This document shows, one piece after another, positions 8,448 to 18,018 of a DNA stretch of 57,183 bases. Position 1 is the first letter of the stretch; every line of letters starts with the position of its first letter. Source of the DNA: Bacteroidales bacterium (GTDB lineage Bacteria; Bacteroidota; Bacteroidia; Bacteroidales; ML635J-15); the NCBI GenBank assembly GCA_017645925.1, contig JAGCNN010000078.1:1-57183 (forward strand). The letters run 5' to 3'. Position numbers and translations under genes: made by a program. The notes under the pieces are model-generated. The model made no database searches, was not told the origin of the DNA, and saw only the letters and a program-made list of their open reading frames with translations.

Positions 8448-9260
8448 TTACTTATTTGATTTTTTGTTGTAGTCAACGAGGATGTCAACAAGTGATATTG
8501 AAGCATCTTCCATAGTGTTGACCAAGGTATCAATCTTACCTAAAATATAGTTGTAGAATACCTGAAGAATCATAGCACCAATCAAACCGCCTACGGTTGT
8601 GATAAGAGCGACCTTGATACCACCAGCAACAACTGCAGGGTTAATATCACCAGCTGCTTCAATAGCATCGAATGCGCCAATCATACCGATAACCGTTCCC
8701 ATGAATCCCAACATAGGAAGAAGTGCGATGAACAACGAAATCCAAGTCAAGCCCTTTTCCATCTGTCCCATCTGAACGGAACCGTATGAAACAACTGACT
8801 TTTCAACCATTTCGATACCTTCTGAGTATCTTGAAAGTCCCTGATAGAAGATACTTGCTACAGGTCCGCGAGTGTTGCGGCATACATCCATTGCAGCTTC
8901 TACACCACCTTCATTCAGTGCGTTTTCTATTTTATTCAACAATTTCTTGGTATTTACAGTAGCAAGGTTCAAGTAAATAATTCTTTCGAATGCAATTGCC
9001 AAACCAAGAATCAAAGCAACAAGCAAGAAGCCCATAAAGATAGGACCACCTTCAATAATCTTTATCTTCAACTGCTGGTGGAAAGGCTTTTCTTCGGTTG
9101 CAGCTGGAACTGTTTCGTCCGCAGCAACTGGTTCATCCTGTGCAACAACTTCTGTCTGTGCTGGTTCAGCCTGTTCTTCTGTTTTTTCGTCTTGTGCAAA
9201 TGTAGCAGTTGCAAAAGTCAGCAAACCTGCCAATGTAAGTAACGAGATTAACTTTTTCAT
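8448..9260 (-). CDS. exbB: MotA/TolQ/ExbB proton-channel family protein with N-terminal signal peptide and acidic linker
   Basis: MKKLISLLTLAGLLTFATATFAQ is followed by an E/A/P-rich linker. The MotA/ExbB core follows (LPMLGFMGTVIGMIGAFDAI...GGIKVALITTVGGLIGAMIL). Confidence 0.85.
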   Translation of the reverse strand: MKKLISLLTLAGLLTFATATFAQDEKTEEQAEPAQTEVVAQDEPVAADETVPAATEEKPFHQQLKIKIIEGGPIFMGFLLVALILGLAIAFERIIYLNLATVNTKKLLNKIENALNEGGVEAAMDVCRNTRGPVASIFYQGLSRYSEGIEMVEKSVVSYGSVQMGQMEKGLTWISLFIALLPMLGFMGTVIGMIGAFDAIEAAGDINPAVVAGGIKVALITTVGGLIGAMILQVFYNYILGKIDTLVNTMEDASISLVDILVDYNKKSNK

Positions 9261-9353
9261 GACTAAATTCTGTTTTTAATTAATTCTAATTCTTTTTGTT
9301 ATACTTATTTTATTTATTCAAAATTTAAAATTCAACCATTTTCAAACCCAATC

Positions 9354-9446
9354 TGGCGGAGAGAGTGGGATTCGAACCCACGATACGGCTTCACGCCGCA
9401 TACACACTTTCCAGGCGTGCGCCTTCGACCGCTCGGCCATCTCTCC
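9354..9446 (-). tRNA. tRNA-Ser (anticodon GGA), encoded CCA end included
   Basis: The minus strand reads GGAGAGATGGCCGAGCGGTCGAAGGCGCACGCCTGGAAAGTGTGTATGCGGCGTGAAGCCGTATCGTGGGTTCGAATCCCACTCTCTCCGCCA. It has a 7-bp acceptor stem, anticodon loop CTGGAAA, a long variable arm, and a GGTTCGAATCC T-loop. Confidence 0.95.
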
Positions 9447-9588
9447 AGTGCACCCAAAAAGGACTTGCAAAGTAATAAATTATTTAAGTGAAATAAAAAT
9501 TTTTAACGACTTTTTTTTGTCAAAAAACGAAAAAACACACTCATAATAAATGGAAAATTGCAGCAACCACTTGACTTACAAAAGAATG

Positions 9589-10368
9589 TTATCGCAACAA
9601 ACCAAAAAGTTTTTTTGCATTCATTGTGGTTATTTCGCAAATTTCGGAACAATCTCGAGCAAGTACAAGCGATAGTTTTTCGGCAACACTTGTCAAAAAT
9701 GACGATTCGTTTCGCTTTCCGCGATGCGGAACAGGCGCCAAATACGGAGAATCGGTTTCAAGAAGCACCGCCGACAACGGAATCCGCGAAACAACATCGG
9801 GCAAAAGCGACTTCTTGTATGTTAGCACTCCTCCTACACCTATATAAAAACCCATGTCAACTACTCGCTTCGCAGCTTCATAATCTTCCGAAAAACAATG
9901 AAAAACACCTGTCAGCCCGTTCCTATCACCCGCCGACATCACATCCATTATCTGCGAAAAAGCATTGCGGCAATGTATTATTACAGGAAATCCCTTTTCT
10001 TGCGCGTATGACAACTGGAAATCAAGCACATACTTCTGTTCGTCCTGATATGTGTCGTCCCAGTACAAGTCCATGCCAATCTCCCCTATTGCCACCACAT
10101 TAGGCAACATAGCAAAAGTAGCATCCGAATATATATATTCAAGCTCTGCCTTATAGCCAGCGCCAACCGATGTAGGATGCAAGCCGTTGGCAACACTGAA
10201 ATACTCGGCATCCGACTTTGCAAGAGAAGAAAGCCGTTCTATCGACGATGAGTCAATATTAGGCAACACAATATGTTCAACACCCGCTGCTTTTGCACGG
10301 CTGATGGTCTCATCACGGTCAAGGTCAAATTCCTCGGCATATATGTGCGAATGGGTATCTATCAACAT
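9589..10368 (-). CDS. tatD: TatD-family metal-dependent hydrolase/DNase
   Basis: MLIDTHSHIYAEEFDLDRDE carries the HxH metal motif. Later motifs are PVIIHCR, LETDSPYLAP and PHRG. The length is 259 aa. Confidence 0.85.
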   Translation of the reverse strand: MLIDTHSHIYAEEFDLDRDETISRAKAAGVEHIVLPNIDSSSIERLSSLAKSDAEYFSVANGLHPTSVGAGYKAELEYIYSDATFAMLPNVVAIGEIGMDLYWDDTYQDEQKYVLDFQLSYAQEKGFPVIIHCRNAFSQIMDVMSAGDRNGLTGVFHCFSEDYEAAKRVVDMGFYIGVGGVLTYKKSLLPDVVSRIPLSAVLLETDSPYLAPVPHRGKRNESSFLTSVAEKLSLVLARDCSEICEITTMNAKKLFGLLR

Positions 10369-10373
10369 AAGGC

Positions 10374-11492
10374 TTAGCGCTTTAATGAAAATATTTTTCC
10401 GGGAAGGGAAACTATTGCTCCTTTCATTTCGAGCTGCAACAATATAAGGCTCAGCTCATTGGGTGTCATTTCCGATTGACGGCGCAGGTTGTCAATATCA
10501 AGGAACTCGTATTTTTCCAACACATCTGCCACCTTTTTTTCATCCGGTGTAAGGTCGAACTTGAATTCAAGCACAGGCATCTTAGGCTCTTTACGCGAAG
10601 TCCAGTTCATTATGTACTCAAAGTCGTCAAACGATTCGCACAAGTTAGCCCTGTTGGTCTTTATCAACTTGTTGCACCCACGACTATAGGTCGAAGTAAC
10701 ATTTCCCGGAAGCGCAAACACATCCTTGTTGTAGTTGTTTGCTATGTTTGCCGTAATTATAGAACCACCCTTTTCTCCAGACTCGACAACCAGAAGCGCA
10801 TCACAAAGTCCAGCCACAATCCTGTTTCGCTTCACAAAGTTTGCAGGGTCAATCTTAGCACCATGAGGAAAATCGGAAATCAAAGCGCCAGCATCGGCGA
10901 CTATCCTGTCGGCCACCTTCTTGTGCTGCGAAGGATATATTGTTTCGAGGCTATGACCAAGCACCGCCCAAGTTTTCAAGTTGTTGTCGAGAGCAGCCTT
11001 GTGGGCAGCCACATCTATTCCGTATGCCAATCCACTCACAACCACCGCATCGGGATACCTAGCAGCAAGTTCCGACACAAAGGAATTGCAAAATTCAACA
11101 CCATACTTTGTAGCATTGCGAGTACCAACAATGCTTACAATATGCTTGGCTGCAAAATCGGGCATACCTTTATAATATAATATAGCAGGCGAATCGGCAC
11201 ATTCGCGCAGACGCTCCGGATAAGCATCATCCGAAAATGTTACAAAACCGACTTCGTTTGCATAAATGTACTTCAATTCCTCCTCGGCAGCAGCCAAAGC
11301 GGAATCAAAACTACCATAAAGACGCGAAGCCACAACCTCGCCAATGCCCTGCACCGATTTCAAATCCTTGAACGAGGAAGCGAAAAGGTCTTTGGCAGAA
11401 CCGAAAAAAGAAAGCAGTTTTTTTGCATTTATGTCGCCTATCCCGTGAACGAAGGTAAGAGCGACATCATAAAGTCTATCGTCATCAACCAT
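10374..11492 (-). CDS. dprA: DNA-processing protein DprA (Smf)
   Basis: There is an N-terminal SAM-like region (GIGDINAKKLL). The Rossmann core carries VVSGLAYGIDVAAHKAAL...GGSIITA. The length is 372 aa. It lies 5 nt upstream of tatD. Confidence 0.85.
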   Translation of the reverse strand: MVDDDRLYDVALTFVHGIGDINAKKLLSFFGSAKDLFASSFKDLKSVQGIGEVVASRLYGSFDSALAAAEEELKYIYANEVGFVTFSDDAYPERLRECADSPAILYYKGMPDFAAKHIVSIVGTRNATKYGVEFCNSFVSELAARYPDAVVVSGLAYGIDVAAHKAALDNNLKTWAVLGHSLETIYPSQHKKVADRIVADAGALISDFPHGAKIDPANFVKRNRIVAGLCDALLVVESGEKGGSIITANIANNYNKDVFALPGNVTSTYSRGCNKLIKTNRANLCESFDDFEYIMNWTSRKEPKMPVLEFKFDLTPDEKKVADVLEKYEFLDIDNLRRQSEMTPNELSLILLQLEMKGAIVSLPGKIFSLKR

Positions 11493-11494
11493 AG

Positions 11495-12001
11495 CTACCT
11501 CTTAATGGAATCAAGGTCATCCATCATGCCAGTAAGTTCGTCTTGCGACAAAATGGAAACGCTCACAGGCTTAAACTTTGCGACACCGTTTGGAGTTCGG
11601 ACATATATAACAATCATTTTCCTCATTCCAAGAATCGACTTTTGCAGTTCCACGTTTACCAAGTCCTTTTTAGGTATTTCCAACTTGAAATTGCCAGCCG
11701 AAAGCATTCCCAACGAGGTGTACTTCAATATTATCTTGAACCCATCGGAATTATAATTGATGTAATTGAATTTCTTAATAAATAGGAATGCCTCGAAAAA
11801 TACAAACAAAGCTATGCAAACGTATTCGAGAATATGACTTGGCACCCACGAATAAATCAAATCGAGGACAACCAAAGCCACCAACACCAGCACCACAAAC
11901 ATAGAGCCAAGCTTTATACGAGCAGAAATCTCCTTGGTATCAACAATCATATCTCTTATTTTTTGGAGGGCAAAGATAATGTTATTTTTATAAACAGCCA
12001 C
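11495..12001 (-). CDS. Hypothetical membrane protein (168 aa, two TM helices)
   Basis: The ORF ends 2 nt before the dprA start. Hydrophobic segments are LGSMFVVLVLVALVVLDLIY and YVCIALFVFFEAFLFI. I recognise no family, and the start codon is uncertain. Confidence 0.5.
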   Translation of the reverse strand: MAVYKNNIIFALQKIRDMIVDTKEISARIKLGSMFVVLVLVALVVLDLIYSWVPSHILEYVCIALFVFFEAFLFIKKFNYINYNSDGFKIILKYTSLGMLSAGNFKLEIPKKDLVNVELQKSILGMRKMIVIYVRTPNGVAKFKPVSVSILSQDELTGMMDDLDSIKR

Positions 12002-12123
12002 ACCAGACGGGAATAAAAAAGTTGCATAAAATAAAAAAATGGAAAAAAAATTTTGTTAATAAAAATATTTGTGTTTACTTTGCCGTCTGTATCATTAAAA
12101 GGTCTAATTAGAAATATATTAGT

Positions 12124-12909
12124 ATGAACGCAAAGAAGTCATTGAGTTTAGCAATCGCCGCTATTATGGTGATTCTTCCAATAGTGTTTTCAAGCTGCGG
12201 AGTTGGTGATGGAGACCCATTCCTTTCATTCAGAAGCAGAAAGCAAAGAGTATGTGGTACTTGGACTGTTACAAATTTTCAGTCCGAAGTTATTCGTAAG
12301 GTTAATAATATCAACACAAAAACCGTTACAACTGTAGATGGTGACTCTTGGAAACAAGTAATTACAATTGTTGGAACCGACAGCACTAGAACTCTTATAG
12401 GAAAAATTACAAAGGAACCTAATCAAGCAGAAGGTTCGTATTTCTTCACATTCGACAAAAATGGAAAAGCATTAATGACCTATAAGTACGAATACGATGA
12501 AGATTTATCAGGCGAAGATGATGATGTAAGCACAGTTCGTCAAACTAAGGTTACAGAAGAAATGACCGGTACCTGGAATTTCCTTGGAGGCATTGACGAA
12601 TACAAAGATAAGGAAAGACTTGCATTCGTAATCGAAGACAAGAAAACAACTACCTACGAATACGAACTTATTACCAGTGATGATGACGAAGGCGGTGTAA
12701 GTCTTCCTAGATTGATTGGAACCAATGTTGTAAACGACAGATATGCAAATGGTGAAATGTGCACCGTATATGCTATCATTGAATTGAGAAACAAAGAAAT
12801 AAAACTTCACCAAAATATTAATACTTTCTATCTAAGAAACGACAATGGAACTGGTGAATCATATCAAGACAACGGTTACGAAGAATTAATATTGAAACCA
12901 AGACAATAA
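12124..12909 (+). CDS. Hypothetical lipoprotein (261 aa)
   Basis: The signal peptide has a lipobox-like ...LPIVFSSC|GVGDG. The mature part is T/E/D-rich. The gene is followed by a terminator. Confidence 0.65.
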   Translation: MNAKKSLSLAIAAIMVILPIVFSSCGVGDGDPFLSFRSRKQRVCGTWTVTNFQSEVIRKVNNINTKTVTTVDGDSWKQVITIVGTDSTRTLIGKITKEPNQAEGSYFFTFDKNGKALMTYKYEYDEDLSGEDDDVSTVRQTKVTEEMTGTWNFLGGIDEYKDKERLAFVIEDKKTTTYEYELITSDDDEGGVSLPRLIGTNVVNDRYANGEMCTVYAIIELRNKEIKLHQNINTFYLRNDNGTGESYQDNGYEELILKPRQ

Positions 12910-12927
12910 ATGTTGTTCAACTATAAG

Positions 12928-12955
12928 AAAGGCTCGGATTTCCGAGCCTTTTTTT
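12928..12955. terminator. Intrinsic terminator between convergent genes
   Basis: AAAGGCTCGGA-TT-TCCGAGCC followed by TTTTTTT. It lies 19 nt after the lipoprotein stop. The reverse reading also gives a hairpin followed by TTTCTT, close to the stop of the minus-strand glycosyltransferase (12962). Confidence 0.8.
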
Positions 12956-12961
12956 ATGCAA

Positions 12962-14011
12962 TCACTTCAACAATTCAGCAAGACTGCTCCGATAATCGTA
13001 TTTCCATACGGATTCATAAGATATGCTTGAAAAATCCACTTGCGACAATTCTTCTTGTGAATAAAACGAGAAGCCAAACTTCTCATGAAATCTTGACGCA
13101 AGATATTCCTGTTCTGGTTGTCGAGGTGTAGGCACAAGCACAGCCCTTCGCCCAAGAGCAGCAAGGTCGCACAAGGTACTGTAGCCACTTCGGCAGAAAA
13201 TCCGCCTTGCCGAAACAATGAGAGACGCTATCCTAGCATCCGAGGGAGCATTCTCGTAAGTAATGTTAGCAGAATGTTCAAGTTCGGCACCATCAGCCAC
13301 ACCCCTTACTATATGCAAGTGCACTTCGGGCATTGAAGAATACTTTTCAATGAAGATATTTTCAAGCATGGTGCGCTGCGGCTCAATGCCAGACAAAAGC
13401 AACATGTCAAAGTCAGCATCAGTTTTTTCAACCATAGTACCATAAAACCGCGAAAGCGGGCCCAAATGCCTTAGCTCAATTTGCGAATCGGACAACTTGC
13501 CCGACAAGGACAACTCTCCAGCAGCATCAGGCACAAAGCAATACCTATATTTATTTATATAGCGCAAATGCAAACGCTTCATCATCCTTGCCGAAAAACG
13601 ATTCAAGAACCCCGTGTCAAAATTGAGCTGATGTGTCATATAAAAAGAAGGCACGCGACTTGAGTACACACCTAACCTATTGTCGGAAAAAACATAATCA
13701 ATCGACTTTTCAGCGACCAACCTTTCCAACGCACAATGTTCCCTGCGGATATTACGTGCAAAACGAAACATTGAGAGCATAAACGGCAGCGAAACCATTC
13801 CTCGCCGCCCATAGTTCATTCTGGCAGATGGCAATTCTACCGAATCAAGATTAGGGAAACGCTGCTGCAAATAGGCAAGCGAACCGCCACTGCCGCCAAT
13901 TATCACTTCAAAACCTTGTTCTACAAGAAATTGCACGAGAGGCACACAACGCGATGCGTGTCCAAGCCCCCAATCTAGAGGAGCAACAAGTATCTTTGCA
14001 CCTGCTTTCAA
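12962..14011 (-). CDS. Glycosyltransferase, GT28/MurG-like fold (uncharacterised family)
   Basis: The N-terminus KILVAPLDWGLGHASRCVPLVQFLVEQGFEVIIGGSG is typical of the GT-B UDP-glycosyltransferase N-domain. A C-terminal nucleotide-sugar domain follows (CRSGYSTLCDLAALGRRAVLVP). The substrate is unknown. Confidence 0.65.
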   Translation of the reverse strand: MKAGAKILVAPLDWGLGHASRCVPLVQFLVEQGFEVIIGGSGGSLAYLQQRFPNLDSVELPSARMNYGRRGMVSLPFMLSMFRFARNIRREHCALERLVAEKSIDYVFSDNRLGVYSSRVPSFYMTHQLNFDTGFLNRFSARMMKRLHLRYINKYRYCFVPDAAGELSLSGKLSDSQIELRHLGPLSRFYGTMVEKTDADFDMLLLSGIEPQRTMLENIFIEKYSSMPEVHLHIVRGVADGAELEHSANITYENAPSDARIASLIVSARRIFCRSGYSTLCDLAALGRRAVLVPTPRQPEQEYLASRFHEKFGFSFYSQEELSQVDFSSISYESVWKYDYRSSLAELLK

Positions 14012-14012
14012 C

Positions 14013-14777
14013 TTATGGAGTTACAAGTACTTGAAAACCTAAATTACGGATACCATCCCCTATCCTTTCGAGTTCATCGGGAGCAACCTTCTGCAAACCT
14101 GAAAGCGGGGTTTCACGCGCTATAGAATACACCATGACCATTGACGGGTTAAGCCGTTTTAGTGTATTGTAGTACAAATCAAGGGATTCTTCTGTTGTGT
14201 TATCAAAGAAGGTTCCATTTATATTGCCACGCATAAACATGGTCTGGATAATAGGTCTGGCAAAATTGCGAGATATATCATCTACTATCGAAGCGATAGA
14301 AAGACTTGATACAGGCTGGTTTATCAGTTCAAAGTCGGACTGAATGAAAGTATCAACCTTAAGAATAGGCTCGTCAATTATCTTTAGCGCAGCCACAACC
14401 TTATCGTTTTTCAGGTTCGAGGCATTTGTCAGAACCGAAATCTTCACATTGGGCATGTATTTGTCGCGCAGGCGGACAGTTTCAACAACAATTTCTGGGA
14501 AATCCGGATTGATAGTAGGTTCGCCATTTCCAGCAAAAGTTATGACATCAAGCGGCTGGGTATTTTCGGAGAAATACTTTTCCATTGCAGGAACGACGTC
14601 TCCAAGTCGTGGAAGTTCAATCTTTACGCCCTTGCTGTTCCAGCCGCATTCGCAATACACGCAGTTGAAAGTGCAAAACTTTGCATTTGTCGGCAGCAAG
14701 TTAACACCCAACGAATTTCCTAATCTTCTGGACTTTACCGGTCCAAAAATGATATTGTCGAAAAGAAAAGTTGCCAT
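14013..14777 (-). CDS. Radical SAM protein
   Basis: The CxxxCxxC cluster motif is CTFNCVYCECGW, preceded by FGPVKSRRLGNSLGVNL. The gene ends 1 nt before the glycosyltransferase start, so the two are probably one operon. Confidence 0.8.
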   Translation of the reverse strand: MATFLFDNIIFGPVKSRRLGNSLGVNLLPTNAKFCTFNCVYCECGWNSKGVKIELPRLGDVVPAMEKYFSENTQPLDVITFAGNGEPTINPDFPEIVVETVRLRDKYMPNVKISVLTNASNLKNDKVVAALKIIDEPILKVDTFIQSDFELINQPVSSLSIASIVDDISRNFARPIIQTMFMRGNINGTFFDNTTEESLDLYYNTLKRLNPSMVMVYSIARETPLSGLQKVAPDELERIGDGIRNLGFQVLVTP

Positions 14778-14840
14778 AGTGAAGTAATTATTTATTGCAA
14801 AGATAAGTACAATTTTTTAGATGCGACAAGGATATTACAT

Positions 14841-14871
14841 AAAACAAAAAATCCCGCTGTTGCGGGATTTT
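14841..14871 (-). terminator. Intrinsic terminator downstream of tRNA-Lys
   Basis: The minus strand reads AAATCCCGC-AACA-GCGGGATTTTTTGTTTT, immediately 3' of the tRNA. Confidence 0.8.
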
Positions 14872-14872
14872 G

Positions 14873-14945
14873 TCGGTCCGAAGGGGATCGAACCCTTGAC
14901 ACCCTGATTAAGAGTCAGGTGCTCTACCAACTGAGCTACGGACCG
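14873..14945 (-). tRNA. tRNA-Lys (anticodon CTT)
   Basis: The minus strand reads CGGTCCGTAGCTCAGTTGGTAGAGCACCTGACTCTTAATCAGGGTGTCAAGGGTTCGATCCCCTTCGGACCGA. The acceptor stem is CGGTCCG/CGGACCG, the anticodon loop is CTCTTAA, and the T-loop is GGTTCGATCC. No CCA end is encoded. Confidence 0.93.
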
Positions 14946-15209
14946 CTTAGCTGATTTTGCGAGTGCAAAGGTAATGCTTTATTACAAACCCACAAAACTT
15001 TTTTTGATTATTTTTCACAAACAAGATAACACACTATAAAACAAGGTATTACAAGAACAACCAAATTATTACACTGCTGAAAAATATGTTCCACAATCAA
15101 AAAAAACAACAACTCGCAAAAGCATAAAGCTTAATTTTATATTTTTCCTAACAAATTCATATTGCATGTTGGCAAGAGAAAACCGATATTTGCACCGCAA
15201 TTTATAGGC

Positions 15210-15563
15210 ATGAAGACGTTGCGGAAAATATTATGCGCATTGTTTATGACTTTGTTCATAGGAATGTTCCTTAGCAACACGCTGTTCTCTCACAGTCACG
15301 TTGTTAGAGGCATAATAGTCGCACATTCGCACCCTTACAATCCTTTCTCGCCCGAAAAGCATCATCATAGCGACGATGAACTAAACCTCATAGCTTTTCT
15401 GGCAAATTGCCCAGTAATTGGAAATGAAACTCAAGATTTTTCGCGCGTATTTCTTGCACCAACTGGATTTGTACAAAATGAATACACCGCATGCAATGTG
15501 CAAAGCGAAAAGGTCAGTTTTTCCCGTCCTCGCGACCCTCCTATCGGCATTACTATTTTCTAA
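15210..15563 (+). CDS. Small His-rich membrane-anchored hypothetical protein (117 aa)
   Basis: The ATG at 15210 gives MKTLRKILCALFMTLFIGMFLSNTLF (TM or signal anchor). It is followed by HSHVVRGIIVAHSHPYNPFSPEKHHHSDDE. The gene lies 60 nt upstream of a TonB-dependent receptor on the same strand. Confidence 0.55.
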   Translation: MKTLRKILCALFMTLFIGMFLSNTLFSHSHVVRGIIVAHSHPYNPFSPEKHHHSDDELNLIAFLANCPVIGNETQDFSRVFLAPTGFVQNEYTACNVQSEKVSFSRPRDPPIGITIF

Positions 15564-15623
15564 CAAGTGGTAATCAATGCTTTACAGAGCAAAGCGATAG
15601 GTATTTTTTTATAAAAGCACAAA

Positions 15624-17909
15624 ATGAAAAAATATATTCTGTTAGCGTTAATGCTAACTATAGGTGTATGCCTCATGGCACAGACCGACAAAAAGACCGA
15701 TGCAAACATTTTCGGTCATGTAGTTGACAAAAAGACAGGTGAACACCTGCCATACATAAACATAATGGTAAAAGGTACATCAATAGGCACTGCTACCGAT
15801 GCTACCGGACACTTTCACCTCAACAACCTTCCAACAGGCAAGCTGACGATTATAGCACAAAGCATCGGCTATATGTCGCAGGAAAAGATTGTTGATGTGG
15901 AAAAAGGCAAAATGATTGAGCTGAACTTTGAAATAGAGGAAGATGCCATAATGCTCAACGATGTTGTGGTTTCGGCAAACAAAAACCAGACAAACAGAAT
16001 GGAAGCGCCTGTGGTTGTAGGCGTCATATCACCAAAAACCTTTGAGAACACCAACTCGGTATGCCTTGCCGAAGGACTTAACTTCCAGCCAGGACTAAGG
16101 TTGGAAACCAACTGCCAGAACTGTGGATTCCAGCAAGTACGAATAAATGGTCTTGAAGGTTCATACTCTCAGATACTTATTGACGGGAGAGCAGTCAGCA
16201 GCGCATTGTCGCAGGTATATGGACTTGAGCAACTGCCTGTAAACATGATTGAGAAAGTTGAAGTAATACGAGGAGGAGGCTCGGCAATATTCGGCTCGAA
16301 TGCTGTTGCTGGAACAATAAACATTCTTACACGCGAACCGCAGTTCAACAGCCTCTCGCTGGGCAACACGACCACACTCATAGGAATGAAAAAAGCCGAC
16401 GTAAACACCACTCTCAATGCATCGGTGGTTTCAAACGACAACAAGGCAGGCATAACAATATTCGCAGCAGCACGACAACGTACACCTTTCGATTACGATG
16501 GAGACGGATTTACCGAAATTGGCAAGATTAACTCCAAGAATGTCGGATTCCGCGGCTACTTGAAAACAGGGAACTACACAAAACTTACGGTTGAATACCA
16601 CACACTTGACGAATTTCGTCGCGGTGGAAACAAGCTGTCGCTACCAGCACACGAAGCCGACATTACCGAACAGACCGACCATAATATACACTGCGCAGGA
16701 GCAAAATATGACATCTTCTCAAAAAACAGCAAGCACTGGTTTCAAATATACTCGTCGCTACAGAACATAAAACGCAAAAGCTACTATGGTTCGGGACAAG
16801 ACCCCAATGCCTACGGAAACACCAAGGATTTTGCTTCGGTAAGCGGATTCCAATACGTTTTCTACATGGACAGGTTCCTGTTTATGCCGGCAACGTTGAC
16901 CACTGGAATAGAATACAACTACAACTCGCTTTATGACGAATCGCTTGGATACAACAGAATTATAGAGCAGAAAATTAGCATCTACAGCGCATTCATACAG
17001 AACGAATGGAAGAAAGAAAAACTGTCGTTCCTAATTGGCGGAAGAATTGACAAGCACAACATGATAAAGAACCCGATAATAAGTCCGCGCTGCAACATAA
17101 GGTATTCACCGCTAAAATGGATGTCAATGCGAGCCGGCTATGCAATGGGCTTCCGCGCTCCGCAGGCATTCAACGAAGACCTGCACATTGCAGCCGTTGG
17201 AGGCGAAGTTTCTCTCATAAGCATTGATCCAGAACTAAAACCAGAAAAATCACACTCGGCAAATGCTTCCATAGATTTTAATACACAATGGTCAAAGTCG
17301 GCAATAGATTTCCTTGTCGAAGGGTTCTACACAGTGCTGAACGATGTTTTCATACTTGAAGAAAATGGTCATGATGCAGATGGCAACCTGCTGTTAACCA
17401 GAACAAACGGAAGCGGGGCAGTTGTCGCAGGAGCAAACTTCGAGCTGAAGTACATACCTACAAAAAAGGTTGAAATACAGGCAGGATTCACCTATCAGCA
17501 AAGCCGCTACAAGCAACCCGAACAATGGAGCGAAACCGTTGACGCACAAAGGCGCATGTTCCGCACACCCGACATCTACGGCTTCCTGACCACATACTAC
17601 AGTCCGTTGAAGAGCTTCGACATTGCACTTTCGGGAACATACACAGGCCGAATGCTAATACAACACTTTGCCGGATACATCAGCGAAGATGCCGAAACCA
17701 TCAGCAAGCCATTCTTCGACATGAACCTAAAATTATCGTACACATTCAAGATAATGGACGAGGTGAACCTTGAGGCAAGCCTCGGCATGAAAAACATATT
17801 CAACAGCTACCAGAACGATTTCGACCAAGGAGAACTCCGCGATGCAGGCTACATATACGGACCAAGTCTGCCACGAAGCATATATTTTGGATTGAAGATT
17901 TCGTTGTAA
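15624..17909 (+). CDS. TonB-dependent outer-membrane receptor (761 aa) with carboxypeptidase-regulatory-like N-terminal domain
   Basis: There is a signal peptide, then GHVVDKKTGEHLPYINIMVKGTSIGTATDATGHFHLNNLPTGKL (CarbopepD_reg-like). A plug follows (VVVSANK...IEKVEVIRGGGSAIFGSNAVAGTINILT), then a long beta-barrel. No SusD-like partner is adjacent. Confidence 0.9.
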   Translation: MKKYILLALMLTIGVCLMAQTDKKTDANIFGHVVDKKTGEHLPYINIMVKGTSIGTATDATGHFHLNNLPTGKLTIIAQSIGYMSQEKIVDVEKGKMIELNFEIEEDAIMLNDVVVSANKNQTNRMEAPVVVGVISPKTFENTNSVCLAEGLNFQPGLRLETNCQNCGFQQVRINGLEGSYSQILIDGRAVSSALSQVYGLEQLPVNMIEKVEVIRGGGSAIFGSNAVAGTINILTREPQFNSLSLGNTTTLIGMKKADVNTTLNASVVSNDNKAGITIFAAARQRTPFDYDGDGFTEIGKINSKNVGFRGYLKTGNYTKLTVEYHTLDEFRRGGNKLSLPAHEADITEQTDHNIHCAGAKYDIFSKNSKHWFQIYSSLQNIKRKSYYGSGQDPNAYGNTKDFASVSGFQYVFYMDRFLFMPATLTTGIEYNYNSLYDESLGYNRIIEQKISIYSAFIQNEWKKEKLSFLIGGRIDKHNMIKNPIISPRCNIRYSPLKWMSMRAGYAMGFRAPQAFNEDLHIAAVGGEVSLISIDPELKPEKSHSANASIDFNTQWSKSAIDFLVEGFYTVLNDVFILEENGHDADGNLLLTRTNGSGAVVAGANFELKYIPTKKVEIQAGFTYQQSRYKQPEQWSETVDAQRRMFRTPDIYGFLTTYYSPLKSFDIALSGTYTGRMLIQHFAGYISEDAETISKPFFDMNLKLSYTFKIMDEVNLEASLGMKNIFNSYQNDFDQGELRDAGYIYGPSLPRSIYFGLKISL

Positions 17910-18018
17910 AAGACTGATACAAAAAACAATTATCCCCCGAAATTACCACGAGGGATAACTGCCAATTCATTTTTTTCATATAGATATGTTGCTCTATTTT
18001 TGGCGCAGCCTAAGCCGG

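Noticed and set aside
17930-17980. Terminator after the TonB-dependent receptor (TTATCCC...GGGATAA)
   Set aside because: The 7-bp stem has a 15-nt loop, and the T-run begins 12 nt after the stem. It is possible but below my threshold for a feature.
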